Part shown: positions 9,951 through 18,289 of the stretch, one piece after another | Numbering within the stretch: the stretch's first letter is position 1 | Layout of the letters: each line of letters starts with the position of its first letter | NCBI GenBank assembly: GCA_036677065.1 | Contig: JAKFBS010000011.1 | Span: 32,001 to 96,000, forward strand | Reading direction: 5' to 3' | From: Bdellovibrio sp. | Lineage (GTDB): Bacteria; Bdellovibrionota; Bdellovibrionia; Bdellovibrionales; Bdellovibrionaceae | DNA: 64,000 nucleotides | Notes under the pieces: model-generated | What the model was told of the DNA's origin: nothing | The model's database searches: none | The model's input: the letters and a program-made list of their open reading frames with translations, nothing else | Program-made: the position numbers and the translations under genes

Positions 9951-9965
9951 TTGTGGTAGGATGAT

Positions 9966-10247
9966 ATGAAGTTTGAATGGGACCCCGAAAAAGCACAGAA
10001 TAATTTAATCAAACACGGAGTTCTTTTTGAAGAAGCCCAAACAGTTTTTTTAGATCTTCGTTCACTTGAACTTTTTGATCACAGCACTGAACACGAAGAT
10101 CGCTTTATTCAAGTTGGTTATTCTTATAAGACTCGATTATTAACTGTTGTCTTTTGCGAACGTGATAACGAACACATTAGAATTATTTCTGCACGAAGAG
10201 CTTCTGCAGAAGAAAGGAAACTTTATGAAGAAAGATTTAGATCTTAA
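9966..10247 (+). CDS. brnT: BrnT family toxin
   Basis: MKFEWDPEKAQNNLIKHGVLFEEA...EDRF...IRIISARRA. Confidence 0.92.
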   Translation: MKFEWDPEKAQNNLIKHGVLFEEAQTVFLDLRSLELFDHSTEHEDRFIQVGYSYKTRLLTVVFCERDNEHIRIISARRASAEERKLYEERFRS

Positions 10248-10452
10248 AAAAATGAAGCAACGACCTGGAAGGGTTTATCCTGAAGCTGCAAAAACTGCCA
10301 TCAACGTAAGACTAGATACAAGCGTCGTTGCTGATATTAAATACGAAGCGCATCGATTAGGTATACCGTATCAAACGCTGATAAACAGTGTTTTACACCG
10401 CTTTACTACAGGTGAACTTATCGACAAAGGTATTAAAAAAACAGGTTCGTAA
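10225..10452 (+). CDS. BrnA/CopG-family RHH antitoxin
   Basis: KTAINVRLD...GIPYQTLINSVL; overlaps the toxin 3' end; start ATG 10225. Confidence 0.85.
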   Translation: MKKDLDLKKMKQRPGRVYPEAAKTAINVRLDTSVVADIKYEAHRLGIPYQTLINSVLHRFTTGELIDKGIKKTGS

Positions 10453-10731
10453 CTATTTTTTCAATGTGCAGGTCTTTTTATAACAGATCGCTTCGCGTTT
10501 ACGTTTATCGATCGGCATGCAATCTACGTAAGGCATGATTTTTTTTGCATGCTCTTCAAATTGAATTTTATATTTCTTATTCACTGCGTCCGGACCACAA
10601 GCGCCTGCGCCAATAGTACAATCAGAATCTTTGGCGCATTTAAACCAAATCTTTTTGTCTGGTTCAGGTCCTGATTCAGCATGCGCAAAGCCGATAACCA
10701 TGTATATAGACAAAAAGATTAATGTTTTCAT
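10453..10731 (-). CDS. Small secreted Cys-rich hypothetical protein
   Basis: Signal peptide; six Cys (CAKDSDC..C..C..CYKKTC). Confidence 0.7.
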   Translation of the reverse strand: MKTLIFLSIYMVIGFAHAESGPEPDKKIWFKCAKDSDCTIGAGACGPDAVNKKYKIQFEEHAKKIMPYVDCMPIDKRKREAICYKKTCTLKK

Positions 10732-11913
10732 TTATACTCGCTCTAATATCATGGCGATACCTTGACCGCCGCCGATACAGGCTGAACCTAGTGCATACTT
10801 TGCTTGGCGCTTTTGTAATTCATACGCCAATAGATTCATAATGCGCGTACCTGAGGCTCCGAGTGGATGCCCCACGGCAATCGCTCCTCCGCGCACGTTG
10901 GTTTTTTCTTTATTTAATTTTAATTCTTTCTCTACGGCTAAGTACTGGGCTGCGAAAGCTTCGTTCACTTCGACTAGATCCATTTGATCAATGCCAAGAC
11001 CTGCGCGCTCTAAAGCTTTTCTTGCTGCGGGTGCTGGGCCGATGCCCATGATTTTTGGATCGCAACCAACTGAGGCCCAAGAAACAATTCTAGCCATTGG
11101 TTTTAAGCCGTGGGCTTTTACAAATGATTCGCTGGCGATCAATGAAGTTGCTGCACCGTCGACGATTCCTGATGCTGTGGCTGCAGTTACTAAACCATCT
11201 TTTTTAAACATGGCCTTCATAGCTCCGATTTTTTCTACAGTGACTTCTGGTTTTGGGTGTTCATCTTTATCGATGATCACTTCACCCTTTTTTGTCGTGA
11301 TTTTTACAGGCGTGATTTCATCTTTGAAAAGACCTGCATCTAAAGCTTTTTTATATTTTTGCTGAGTAAAGACTGAGTATTCATCACATTGCTGTCTTGT
11401 GATGCCGTACATCTCACCTAGATTTTCTGCGGTGATCGCCATTGGTGTTCCTGTGTACAGATCAGTTAACGCTGAAGTCATTGCGTCTTCTAATTCGAAA
11501 TTTCCCATGCGCATGCCATCAAATCTAACTTTTCTGGCAACATAGGGAATTTGTGACATTTGTTCTACGCCACCGGCTAAGATACATTGTGCTTGGCCAG
11601 TTAAAATCATTTCTGCCGCACTGGCGATAGATTGAAACCCTGATCCACATAAACGATTAACTAAATAAGCACCGCGCTCGACCGGAATTCCAAGTTTTAA
11701 TCCCACATGCCTTGCGACATACGCAGCATCGGCTCCGCTTTGTACAACATTACCAATAATTGTGTGATCGATTTTATCTGCAGTGATACCTGCAGCTTCT
11801 AATGTGGCTTTGCCTGCTGCGACTGTTAAGTCAGTTGCCGACACATCTTTTAAGCCACCACCAAATGAACCAAACGCTGTTCTTTTACCAGATACTAAAT
11901 AAATTTTTTCCAT
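10732..11913 (-). CDS. Acetyl-CoA acetyltransferase / 3-ketoacyl-CoA thiolase
   Basis: VNRLCGSG, NEAFAAQ, GHPLGASG, CIGGGQG. Confidence 0.95.
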   Translation of the reverse strand: MEKIYLVSGKRTAFGSFGGGLKDVSATDLTVAAGKATLEAAGITADKIDHTIIGNVVQSGADAAYVARHVGLKLGIPVERGAYLVNRLCGSGFQSIASAAEMILTGQAQCILAGGVEQMSQIPYVARKVRFDGMRMGNFELEDAMTSALTDLYTGTPMAITAENLGEMYGITRQQCDEYSVFTQQKYKKALDAGLFKDEITPVKITTKKGEVIIDKDEHPKPEVTVEKIGAMKAMFKKDGLVTAATASGIVDGAATSLIASESFVKAHGLKPMARIVSWASVGCDPKIMGIGPAPAARKALERAGLGIDQMDLVEVNEAFAAQYLAVEKELKLNKEKTNVRGGAIAVGHPLGASGTRIMNLLAYELQKRQAKYALGSACIGGGQGIAMILERV

Positions 11914-11952
11914 ACGTTATTAGATCTTAGAAAGTCAGACGAGACAATGAAA

Positions 11953-12552
11953 TTACCATTTCCATTTAAGCGATACGGCAGACTTCTGTTCGTGATTAGA
12001 CATTTCGTGCGAAAGCACTAAATCATTTTTATCAGATAAGGCTTCTGAGACTTCTGCTGCTGCGCGCGCTGCCTTTAAGTCGTAATTAAGTGCGGCATTT
12101 ACCCAACCCGTGTATTGAATCTTAGCCAAAGCCTGGATAGCTAAGACTTTAAAATTGAAGCGGTGATCGACTTGATTTTCGTCTTTAAACGAAGCTTCAA
12201 CGTTTAATTTTTTCTCTGCTGATTCAACGGCTTTCCCTGCTGTTGAATGACGAAGTGGCGAATGTTTCCAGTATAATGATAAACTGTTATCAGCCACTTT
12301 TGTTAAAAAAGACTGTGAAGTTTCATCTGCAGAGATTCGTTCTGGCAAAATTTCGCCAGCAAAAACATCCGATAATGATTCCGCACCAGCCTTTGCCGGT
12401 AATACTAATTTTTTCGTGTTCGCAACGTTCACTTTTGCCGAGGCCAAACTGCCTAAGCTTAAAACTGAGAACATTGTAAATAGGGTTAAAACGAATCTAA
12501 CAACCATACCTGATATATATTCAAGTCCTGGGCCACTCTTAGACGGTGGCAA
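11953..12552 (-). CDS. Hypothetical exported protein
   Basis: ORF with a signal-like segment (true start probably MVVRF) and an aromatic C-terminus (LKWKW). Confidence 0.6.
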   Translation of the reverse strand: MPPSKSGPGLEYISGMVVRFVLTLFTMFSVLSLGSLASAKVNVANTKKLVLPAKAGAESLSDVFAGEILPERISADETSQSFLTKVADNSLSLYWKHSPLRHSTAGKAVESAEKKLNVEASFKDENQVDHRFNFKVLAIQALAKIQYTGWVNAALNYDLKAARAAAEVSEALSDKNDLVLSHEMSNHEQKSAVSLKWKW

Positions 12553-12679
12553 AGCGACCTATTCGACCTAATAGGCTTATTATGAGACACACTGTCAAAC
12601 CTGTTGCCAGGTGGTGATATTGTTTTAACCTTAGAGTCAGGTTGATACGTCTTAGAAGTAGCTTCAAGGAGGAGGCAAC

Positions 12680-12814
12680 ATGAACAAAACAATGTTTTTC
12701 TTAATGGCAGCTATGGTGTTTTTCGCATTCTTTTCAGGGTGTGCTTCGATCCAAAATTCAGAAAGTAAACCTAGCACTAGAGTAACCAATTACGATCGAC
12801 TTCCGTTTCTGTAA
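12680..12814 (+). CDS. Small lipoprotein (44 aa), absent from the ORF track
   Basis: AAGGAGGAGG SD; MNKTMFFLMAAMVFFAFFSG-CASIQNSESKPSTRVTNYDRLPFL*; lipobox FSGC. Confidence 0.7.
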   Translation: MNKTMFFLMAAMVFFAFFSGCASIQNSESKPSTRVTNYDRLPFL

Positions 12815-12859
12815 TATTACATTTGATTCGGCATACAAACTCCATAACAATGGGTTTGT

Positions 12860-13924
12860 ATGCGTAACCTATCTTTAAAATTAATTTTATTTTTTGTTTG
12901 TTGTCTTATTACTTCGAGCCTTCAGGCGCAAATTTCTGTCGGTTTAAGAGAATCCGCAATGGGTAACAGTGGTGCGGCTATTACTGAATCCTCGGCCCCT
13001 TCATTTTACAATCCAGCACTGTTAGCTGAACGACAAAAAAGTTATTTCAGTGTCACTGGAACAACTTTAACTTCGTTTAAATCTAAAAGCGATACCGAAG
13101 AATTCAATTCAACAAAGTTTGCGCCGAATTATTTGTCGAGCATTCATGCCTTTGAAAATTATGTTCACGAATTTTCGCTTGTGAACCAGATCTCTCTTGA
13201 TGCAAGAACGTCTTCACCTATCACCGATGGCACAAAAAACACGAGCATTAGAACAGACCAGTACAACCTGGCTTATTCTTTTGCGTTTCGAAATTTTCCG
13301 TTCGGATTTCAGTTAGGTCTGCGCATTAATGAAAGCAGCTTTAATGTTAATCAATCCACCAATGATGGCAACATTGCCACCGGAGCTAATTTCGATATCT
13401 CGCGAAGAACCGGGCATTTGTTCGCAGGGTTTGGCGGCATTCACCAATTTGGCAGCAGCTATCGTTTTGGTTATAAATATGAATCAACTGGATTACGCGT
13501 TTATGATAAGACTGAACAAGCTGGATCATATTATTATTACGATAAAGGTAATAACTTATTTACTTCAGGCCAAACAGAAGGTTCAGTTGGCGATAATCCT
13601 ATCTACACGCAAGCTGTCATCTTCGGACACAGTTTTTTAGCGGCTGATCATGAGTTTCTAACTGATTCACGGTTCAATGCAACTGATGCAAGTGAAAACA
13701 CTTATAATTTTTTTCAAACTTTTGGATATAAATTAAACTTCTCGAACCAAATGCAATTTATGACCGGTGCATCTTATGAATTCGACACCAATGCAAAATA
13801 TGTTTCTGCTGGGTATTCTTGGCTGACGAACACTTTACGTTCAACGATCAGTGCATATCACGCCGAAGATGGCAGCGATATGCAATCCACAGGGTTTACC
13901 TTCGGCAGTGAATTTATTTATTAA
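12860..13924 (+). CDS. Outer-membrane beta-barrel, FadL/PorV-like
   Basis: Signal peptide; GLRESAMGNSGAA...FYNPALL N-terminal motif; amphipathic strands; terminal Tyr. Confidence 0.65.
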   Translation: MRNLSLKLILFFVCCLITSSLQAQISVGLRESAMGNSGAAITESSAPSFYNPALLAERQKSYFSVTGTTLTSFKSKSDTEEFNSTKFAPNYLSSIHAFENYVHEFSLVNQISLDARTSSPITDGTKNTSIRTDQYNLAYSFAFRNFPFGFQLGLRINESSFNVNQSTNDGNIATGANFDISRRTGHLFAGFGGIHQFGSSYRFGYKYESTGLRVYDKTEQAGSYYYYDKGNNLFTSGQTEGSVGDNPIYTQAVIFGHSFLAADHEFLTDSRFNATDASENTYNFFQTFGYKLNFSNQMQFMTGASYEFDTNAKYVSAGYSWLTNTLRSTISAYHAEDGSDMQSTGFTFGSEFIY

Positions 13925-15197
13925 GCGTTACACTTTCAAATAATGTTCCGATAGTGCGCTGCAAATTAAAATGCATTGAAACTAAATTTCTTTTTAGCTG
14001 CAAATTTGATTGCCAGTAATTAGAACGCGTATCGACTGCAGCGATCATATCTTTAAATTCAACATCTTCGCCTTTTTCTATTTTGCGAAATATTTCTGTG
14101 ATACGCGCATCGGCTTGCTGTAAATTTTGTTGTTGCAAGCTATGTAAATGCTCTAGATTGGCTAAGGCTTGATAGCGTGAATTTAAACTGTATTGCACAT
14201 CCGCTAAAGTGGCATCGCGCTCACTGCGAGTCGCCGCTAAATCTTTGTTACCGGCACGGTTACGATACACAGAACCAGCACCGATCGTGTATGTTACTGA
14301 AAGGCCCACGTAAGCGCCTTTTGATTGCATGGGGTCACTGCCCGATGTACGCGTATTGTTACCACTGTAACTGGCATTTAAATCCACTTGTGGACGAAAC
14401 ATTCTTCTTTTATCAGCTTCGCGTTCATGTGTTTCTGCGGCTAAACGATGATCCATACTTTGAATATCCGGGCTTTTACTTATAGCTAATTCAAAAGCTT
14501 GTTCAGCATTATTCGGAATCGTTAATCCTTTGCGCATTTGCTCTAAATTTTCCAGACTTGAAGCTTGTGGAGCGGCCAATGTCGTAAAGTAGGTAAAATC
14601 CTTTTGCGCTTCACTAATACCGAAATCAACATTAACGTTAGCTGTCTGCAAATCATTGATTCTTTGATCCAGAGTTTTTCCTTCTTCTTCATTCAATGAT
14701 GCTTTTTTCAGAAACTCTAATTTTTTTTCCAGATCAACAACAAAACTTTTTTGCTCATAATTTTCTACGAGCCCAATGTAGGCTTCAAAAACAGAACTGG
14801 CAAAACTTCCGCGCGTATTCGGAATACGTGAATTACTTGAATTATATTCAGCATCCATGGCTTTTAAACGCTCTTCAGAAGCCCGCAGTGACTCTACATC
14901 GGCCCCGCCATTATAAAGATTCATTGATATGCCAACGCTGTTACTACGCCCCGTTGAGCGATTGGTTCCGGGCACACCACCAACTTCGCGGGTCGAATGA
15001 TACACTGAACTAGAAATATTCAGCGAGGGAAATAAATCCATGTATTGGGCTTTTTTACGGTCTTGCATAGCCTGAACTCGTAAATCTATAGCTGCTGTAC
15101 GTGGGTTATTTTGAATAGCGCTTTTAATCGCATCTTTTAATCCAATGCCATAAGAGGTAGAGGCACTCAACGTAACGTACAGAATCAGTTTTTTCAT
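13914..15197 (-). CDS. TolC-family outer-membrane efflux protein
   Basis: LKDAIKSAIQNNP, LFPSLNIS, MNLYNGG; second repeat LAISKSPDI...RPQVDLNASY. Confidence 0.85.
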   Translation of the reverse strand: MKKLILYVTLSASTSYGIGLKDAIKSAIQNNPRTAAIDLRVQAMQDRKKAQYMDLFPSLNISSSVYHSTREVGGVPGTNRSTGRSNSVGISMNLYNGGADVESLRASEERLKAMDAEYNSSNSRIPNTRGSFASSVFEAYIGLVENYEQKSFVVDLEKKLEFLKKASLNEEEGKTLDQRINDLQTANVNVDFGISEAQKDFTYFTTLAAPQASSLENLEQMRKGLTIPNNAEQAFELAISKSPDIQSMDHRLAAETHEREADKRRMFRPQVDLNASYSGNNTRTSGSDPMQSKGAYVGLSVTYTIGAGSVYRNRAGNKDLAATRSERDATLADVQYSLNSRYQALANLEHLHSLQQQNLQQADARITEIFRKIEKGEDVEFKDMIAAVDTRSNYWQSNLQLKRNLVSMHFNLQRTIGTLFESVTLNK

Positions 15198-15222
15198 ATT
15201 TACTCCTGAACCGGAGTGAGTT

Positions 15223-15238
15223 TACAAAGACCGTGCCG
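15223..15238 (-). promoter_or_regulatory. Possible sigma-54 promoter of the TolC gene
   Basis: CGGCACG-GTCT-TTGTA versus TGGCACG-N4-TTGCW; -12 is GT rather than GC. Confidence 0.3.
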
Positions 15239-15307
15239 AGGCCTATTCGATTAAGTTAGAAAGGAGTGTCTTATGTTTAGACAATGAACGACGATTTGCT
15301 GATCTTG

Positions 15308-16312
15308 TTATTCGTTGTCTAAGATATAGTTCGCAGGATTTACGGCAATACCGTTCACGCGAACTTCATAATGACAGTGTGGGCCCGTCGATCTACCCGT
15401 GCTTCCAACGGCGGCGATCACATCATAACGTGAAACTTTTTGCCCGACTTGCACAAAGATTTGTGAATTATGCGCAAAACGCGTTAGCACGCCGTAACCG
15501 TGATCGATCGAAACAAGCTTACCGAATTGATCATCCCAGCCGGCAAAACTAACAATTCCATCAGCAGGCGCACGCACTGGTGTTCCCGGAGGAGCGGTAA
15601 TATCTAAACCTGCATGCATTTTTTGACGACCGTTAATCGGATCAATGCGATAACCAAAACGTGACCCGATCGGCCCGCGTGCTGGTTGAATACTTGGCGT
15701 TGCTGCTAATAAACTTTGGCGATCTGATAACAGCTCCCATAATTCAATCACAGATTGTTCTTTTAAATTCGAATCTTTCACCGCTTGATCAATGCGAATC
15801 ACTAAGGATGCATAATTAGCTGAAGATTTTTCTGAAGCCACTTCGCCTTTTAACGGATTCAGCGGAGTTTCAGTTTCAATGACCGGATCATCGCGTTCCA
15901 TATCATCTAAGCTCATACGCGGATTTGGATCATCAAGCCTTGAACCCACTACTTGCGCTGCCGGAAAATTTAATTTTTCTGGACGGTCTTTTAACTGAAC
16001 ATCTGTAATTAATTTTAATTTATTAGAAACATTTGTGACCCGGTCCATTGCTGATTGTAATGAATCTAGCTTGGCTTCAACCACCTGGAATTGGTTTTTT
16101 AATTCGATGTTTTCTAATTTTAATTTTTTATTTTCTAACGACTGGGCAAGTAAACCAAAATAATCAATGAAGCCTGCCATTAATAAAACGGCAAATAGCC
16201 CTACAAAAAATAACGAAATTTTAAAATAGGCGACCGGTAAGCTGATCTTTTTAGTTTCGCTTTCATTACTAGTAACAAAATAAAGAGTGATCTGTTTACG
16301 TGGTTCGCTCAT
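15308..16312 (-). CDS. M23 family peptidoglycan endopeptidase
   Basis: N-terminal TM and coiled coil; HAGLD (HxxxD), STGPHCHYEV (HxH). Confidence 0.93.
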   Translation of the reverse strand: MSEPRKQITLYFVTSNESETKKISLPVAYFKISLFFVGLFAVLLMAGFIDYFGLLAQSLENKKLKLENIELKNQFQVVEAKLDSLQSAMDRVTNVSNKLKLITDVQLKDRPEKLNFPAAQVVGSRLDDPNPRMSLDDMERDDPVIETETPLNPLKGEVASEKSSANYASLVIRIDQAVKDSNLKEQSVIELWELLSDRQSLLAATPSIQPARGPIGSRFGYRIDPINGRQKMHAGLDITAPPGTPVRAPADGIVSFAGWDDQFGKLVSIDHGYGVLTRFAHNSQIFVQVGQKVSRYDVIAAVGSTGRSTGPHCHYEVRVNGIAVNPANYILDNE

Positions 16313-16316
16313 GCTT

Positions 16317-17042
16317 TTATGTTTCGCTGAAATTCAACACAAGAACAGTGACGTTGTCATCACCGCCGTGAGCTAATGCCTGCTGAATAAACACCGGAGT
16401 AGTTTTATCCGGAGTATTATCATTAAAAATCTGGCACATCTCCTGATCCGTGATCATTCCTGTTAAACCATCCGAACACATTAGAAAAATATCACCAGGT
16501 GAAACTTCGCGTTCAATAATATCTGGATACACATCACGTTCAAAACCCACACTGCGGGTAATAACATTTTTTCCAATTGTAGCTTTGGCTTTTTCTTCAG
16601 ATAAAAATCCAAGCCGAATTTGTTCATTAATTAAAGAATGATCTTCGGTTAATTGCCACACGTAAGGTTTACGGTACAAATAACAACGGCTATCACCAAC
16701 GTTAGCGATGTATAATCGTGAATCACGAAAATAACCCATCACCATCGTTGTGCCCATACCATTTAATTTTGATTCTTGAGCGGCACGATCGAAAATGCGA
16801 TGTGAAGCTTCTTGGTATGCCTGCATTAATACTTCTCGCGGAGAAAATTGTAACGCTTTCGGATGTCCCAAAACTTCCCGAACAGTCTCAACTGCTAGGG
16901 CAGAAGCGACCTCGCCACCCATGTGACCACCCACGCCATCTGCGACTACAAAAACACCAATTCGTTCGTCAATCAGAAATGAATCCTGATTGCCGGAGCG
17001 TTTAAGCCCTTTATCTGTTAAGCACCAACATTGAAATCTCAT
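16317..17042 (-). CDS. PP2C/Stp1-type Ser/Thr protein phosphatase
   Basis: RSGNQD, VADGVGG, MGTT, NVGDSR, LMCSDGL, GGDDNVT. Confidence 0.94.
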   Translation of the reverse strand: MRFQCWCLTDKGLKRSGNQDSFLIDERIGVFVVADGVGGHMGGEVASALAVETVREVLGHPKALQFSPREVLMQAYQEASHRIFDRAAQESKLNGMGTTMVMGYFRDSRLYIANVGDSRCYLYRKPYVWQLTEDHSLINEQIRLGFLSEEKAKATIGKNVITRSVGFERDVYPDIIEREVSPGDIFLMCSDGLTGMITDQEMCQIFNDNTPDKTTPVFIQQALAHGGDDNVTVLVLNFSET

Positions 17043-17165
17043 TCCTATACAGTGTCGTTGCGATTACCATCCGAGTCAAAGGGCACAAATTAAACCATTA
17101 CTTATGGCTTACCTAGACGCTGGTCTAGTTCTTAAAAAATACGACCAAAGGTCATCACCGAAACC

Positions 17166-17193
17166 TCAATTTCAAACGTCATACAACCGATAG
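17166..17193 (+). promoter_or_regulatory. Candidate sigma-28 promoter of the TonB-family gene
   Basis: TCAATTTC-N12-ACCGATAG. Confidence 0.45.
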
Positions 17194-17263
17194 TCTAGTA
17201 AGAGATTTGCTTAACTATCTAGTGTAACAAAAAACAAACACTAGCTACCAAACAAAGGTCGAT

Positions 17264-18148
17264 ATGAAACGTACAAGTCGCCTTAAAATTTTTATTACTC
17301 TATCTATTGCCATACATATGGGATTAGCAGCGGTAGTTTTTGTTTTACCAAAAATTCAACAACACTATGCACCTATCGAAGTTGTGCTTGTTGAGCCCGA
17401 AGAAATTATCGAAGACGCTGCCAAAGACGAAAAAAATCCAACTCGTATTGTTGAGACTGACGAAAAATCAGCTAACGAACAAGTTAATGAAAACGCAAAA
17501 TATTTAAGTGCAAAAAATAATTCAGTTGAAAAAGAAACGATTGCTAAGCTTGGTGAAACTTTTAAAAACGCACAAGCTATTGCAAAAAAATCTGTAAAAG
17601 CTGTTAAAAAATCTTCGCCGACTTTATTCGGTGAAAAATTTAATGCTTACGATGCGATGGCAAAAAAAGCGGCGAACGGTAAATCAGATATCAACGGCAA
17701 ACAACAAAACCAATCGCAAACTGCCCAAAACGGAAACGATCGCGGTGTTGAAGCCACAGCAACAGATCAACTAGCACAAGTTGAACAGACTTTAAAAACT
17801 CAACTGAACACGCGCGAATACAAATATTACGGCTATTACCAACGCATTAAAAATCAGCTAAATCAATTTTGGCAGCCAGAAGTTAAGCAAAAAGTATCAC
17901 GTCTTATGACACAAGGTAGAACAATTGCCTCTGATTCGAACAATAAAGTCACTAAATTGATCATTGTTCTTAACGACGCCGGCACGTTAGTGAAAGTACA
18001 GGTCATTGGTGAATCTGGAGTTCGCGATCTCGATGAGGCCGCTGTAGATGCCTTTAGACAGGCTGCTCCCTTCCCAAATCCCCCGAAAGGGATGGTTGAA
18101 AATGACGGCACCATTAAGATCCGCTGGGACTTCGTGGTGGAGTCCTAG
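17264..18148 (+). CDS. TonB/TolA-family energy transducer
   Basis: N-terminal TM with SIAIH (SxxxH); C-terminal SGVRDLDEAAVDAFRQAAPFPNPP. Confidence 0.88.
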   Translation: MKRTSRLKIFITLSIAIHMGLAAVVFVLPKIQQHYAPIEVVLVEPEEIIEDAAKDEKNPTRIVETDEKSANEQVNENAKYLSAKNNSVEKETIAKLGETFKNAQAIAKKSVKAVKKSSPTLFGEKFNAYDAMAKKAANGKSDINGKQQNQSQTAQNGNDRGVEATATDQLAQVEQTLKTQLNTREYKYYGYYQRIKNQLNQFWQPEVKQKVSRLMTQGRTIASDSNNKVTKLIIVLNDAGTLVKVQVIGESGVRDLDEAAVDAFRQAAPFPNPPKGMVENDGTIKIRWDFVVES

Positions 18149-18289
18149 AAGCCGGCCAAAAAACCAAAGCCAAATCTAAAAAATCTGCAGCCGCAGATGA
18201 AATAAAGTCTTTACTCTAAATACATAAAGTTTTATCTCTATAGCGTTGAATTTTTAGCGACTGTTTTAAGTTATAAAAAGGGACCACTT

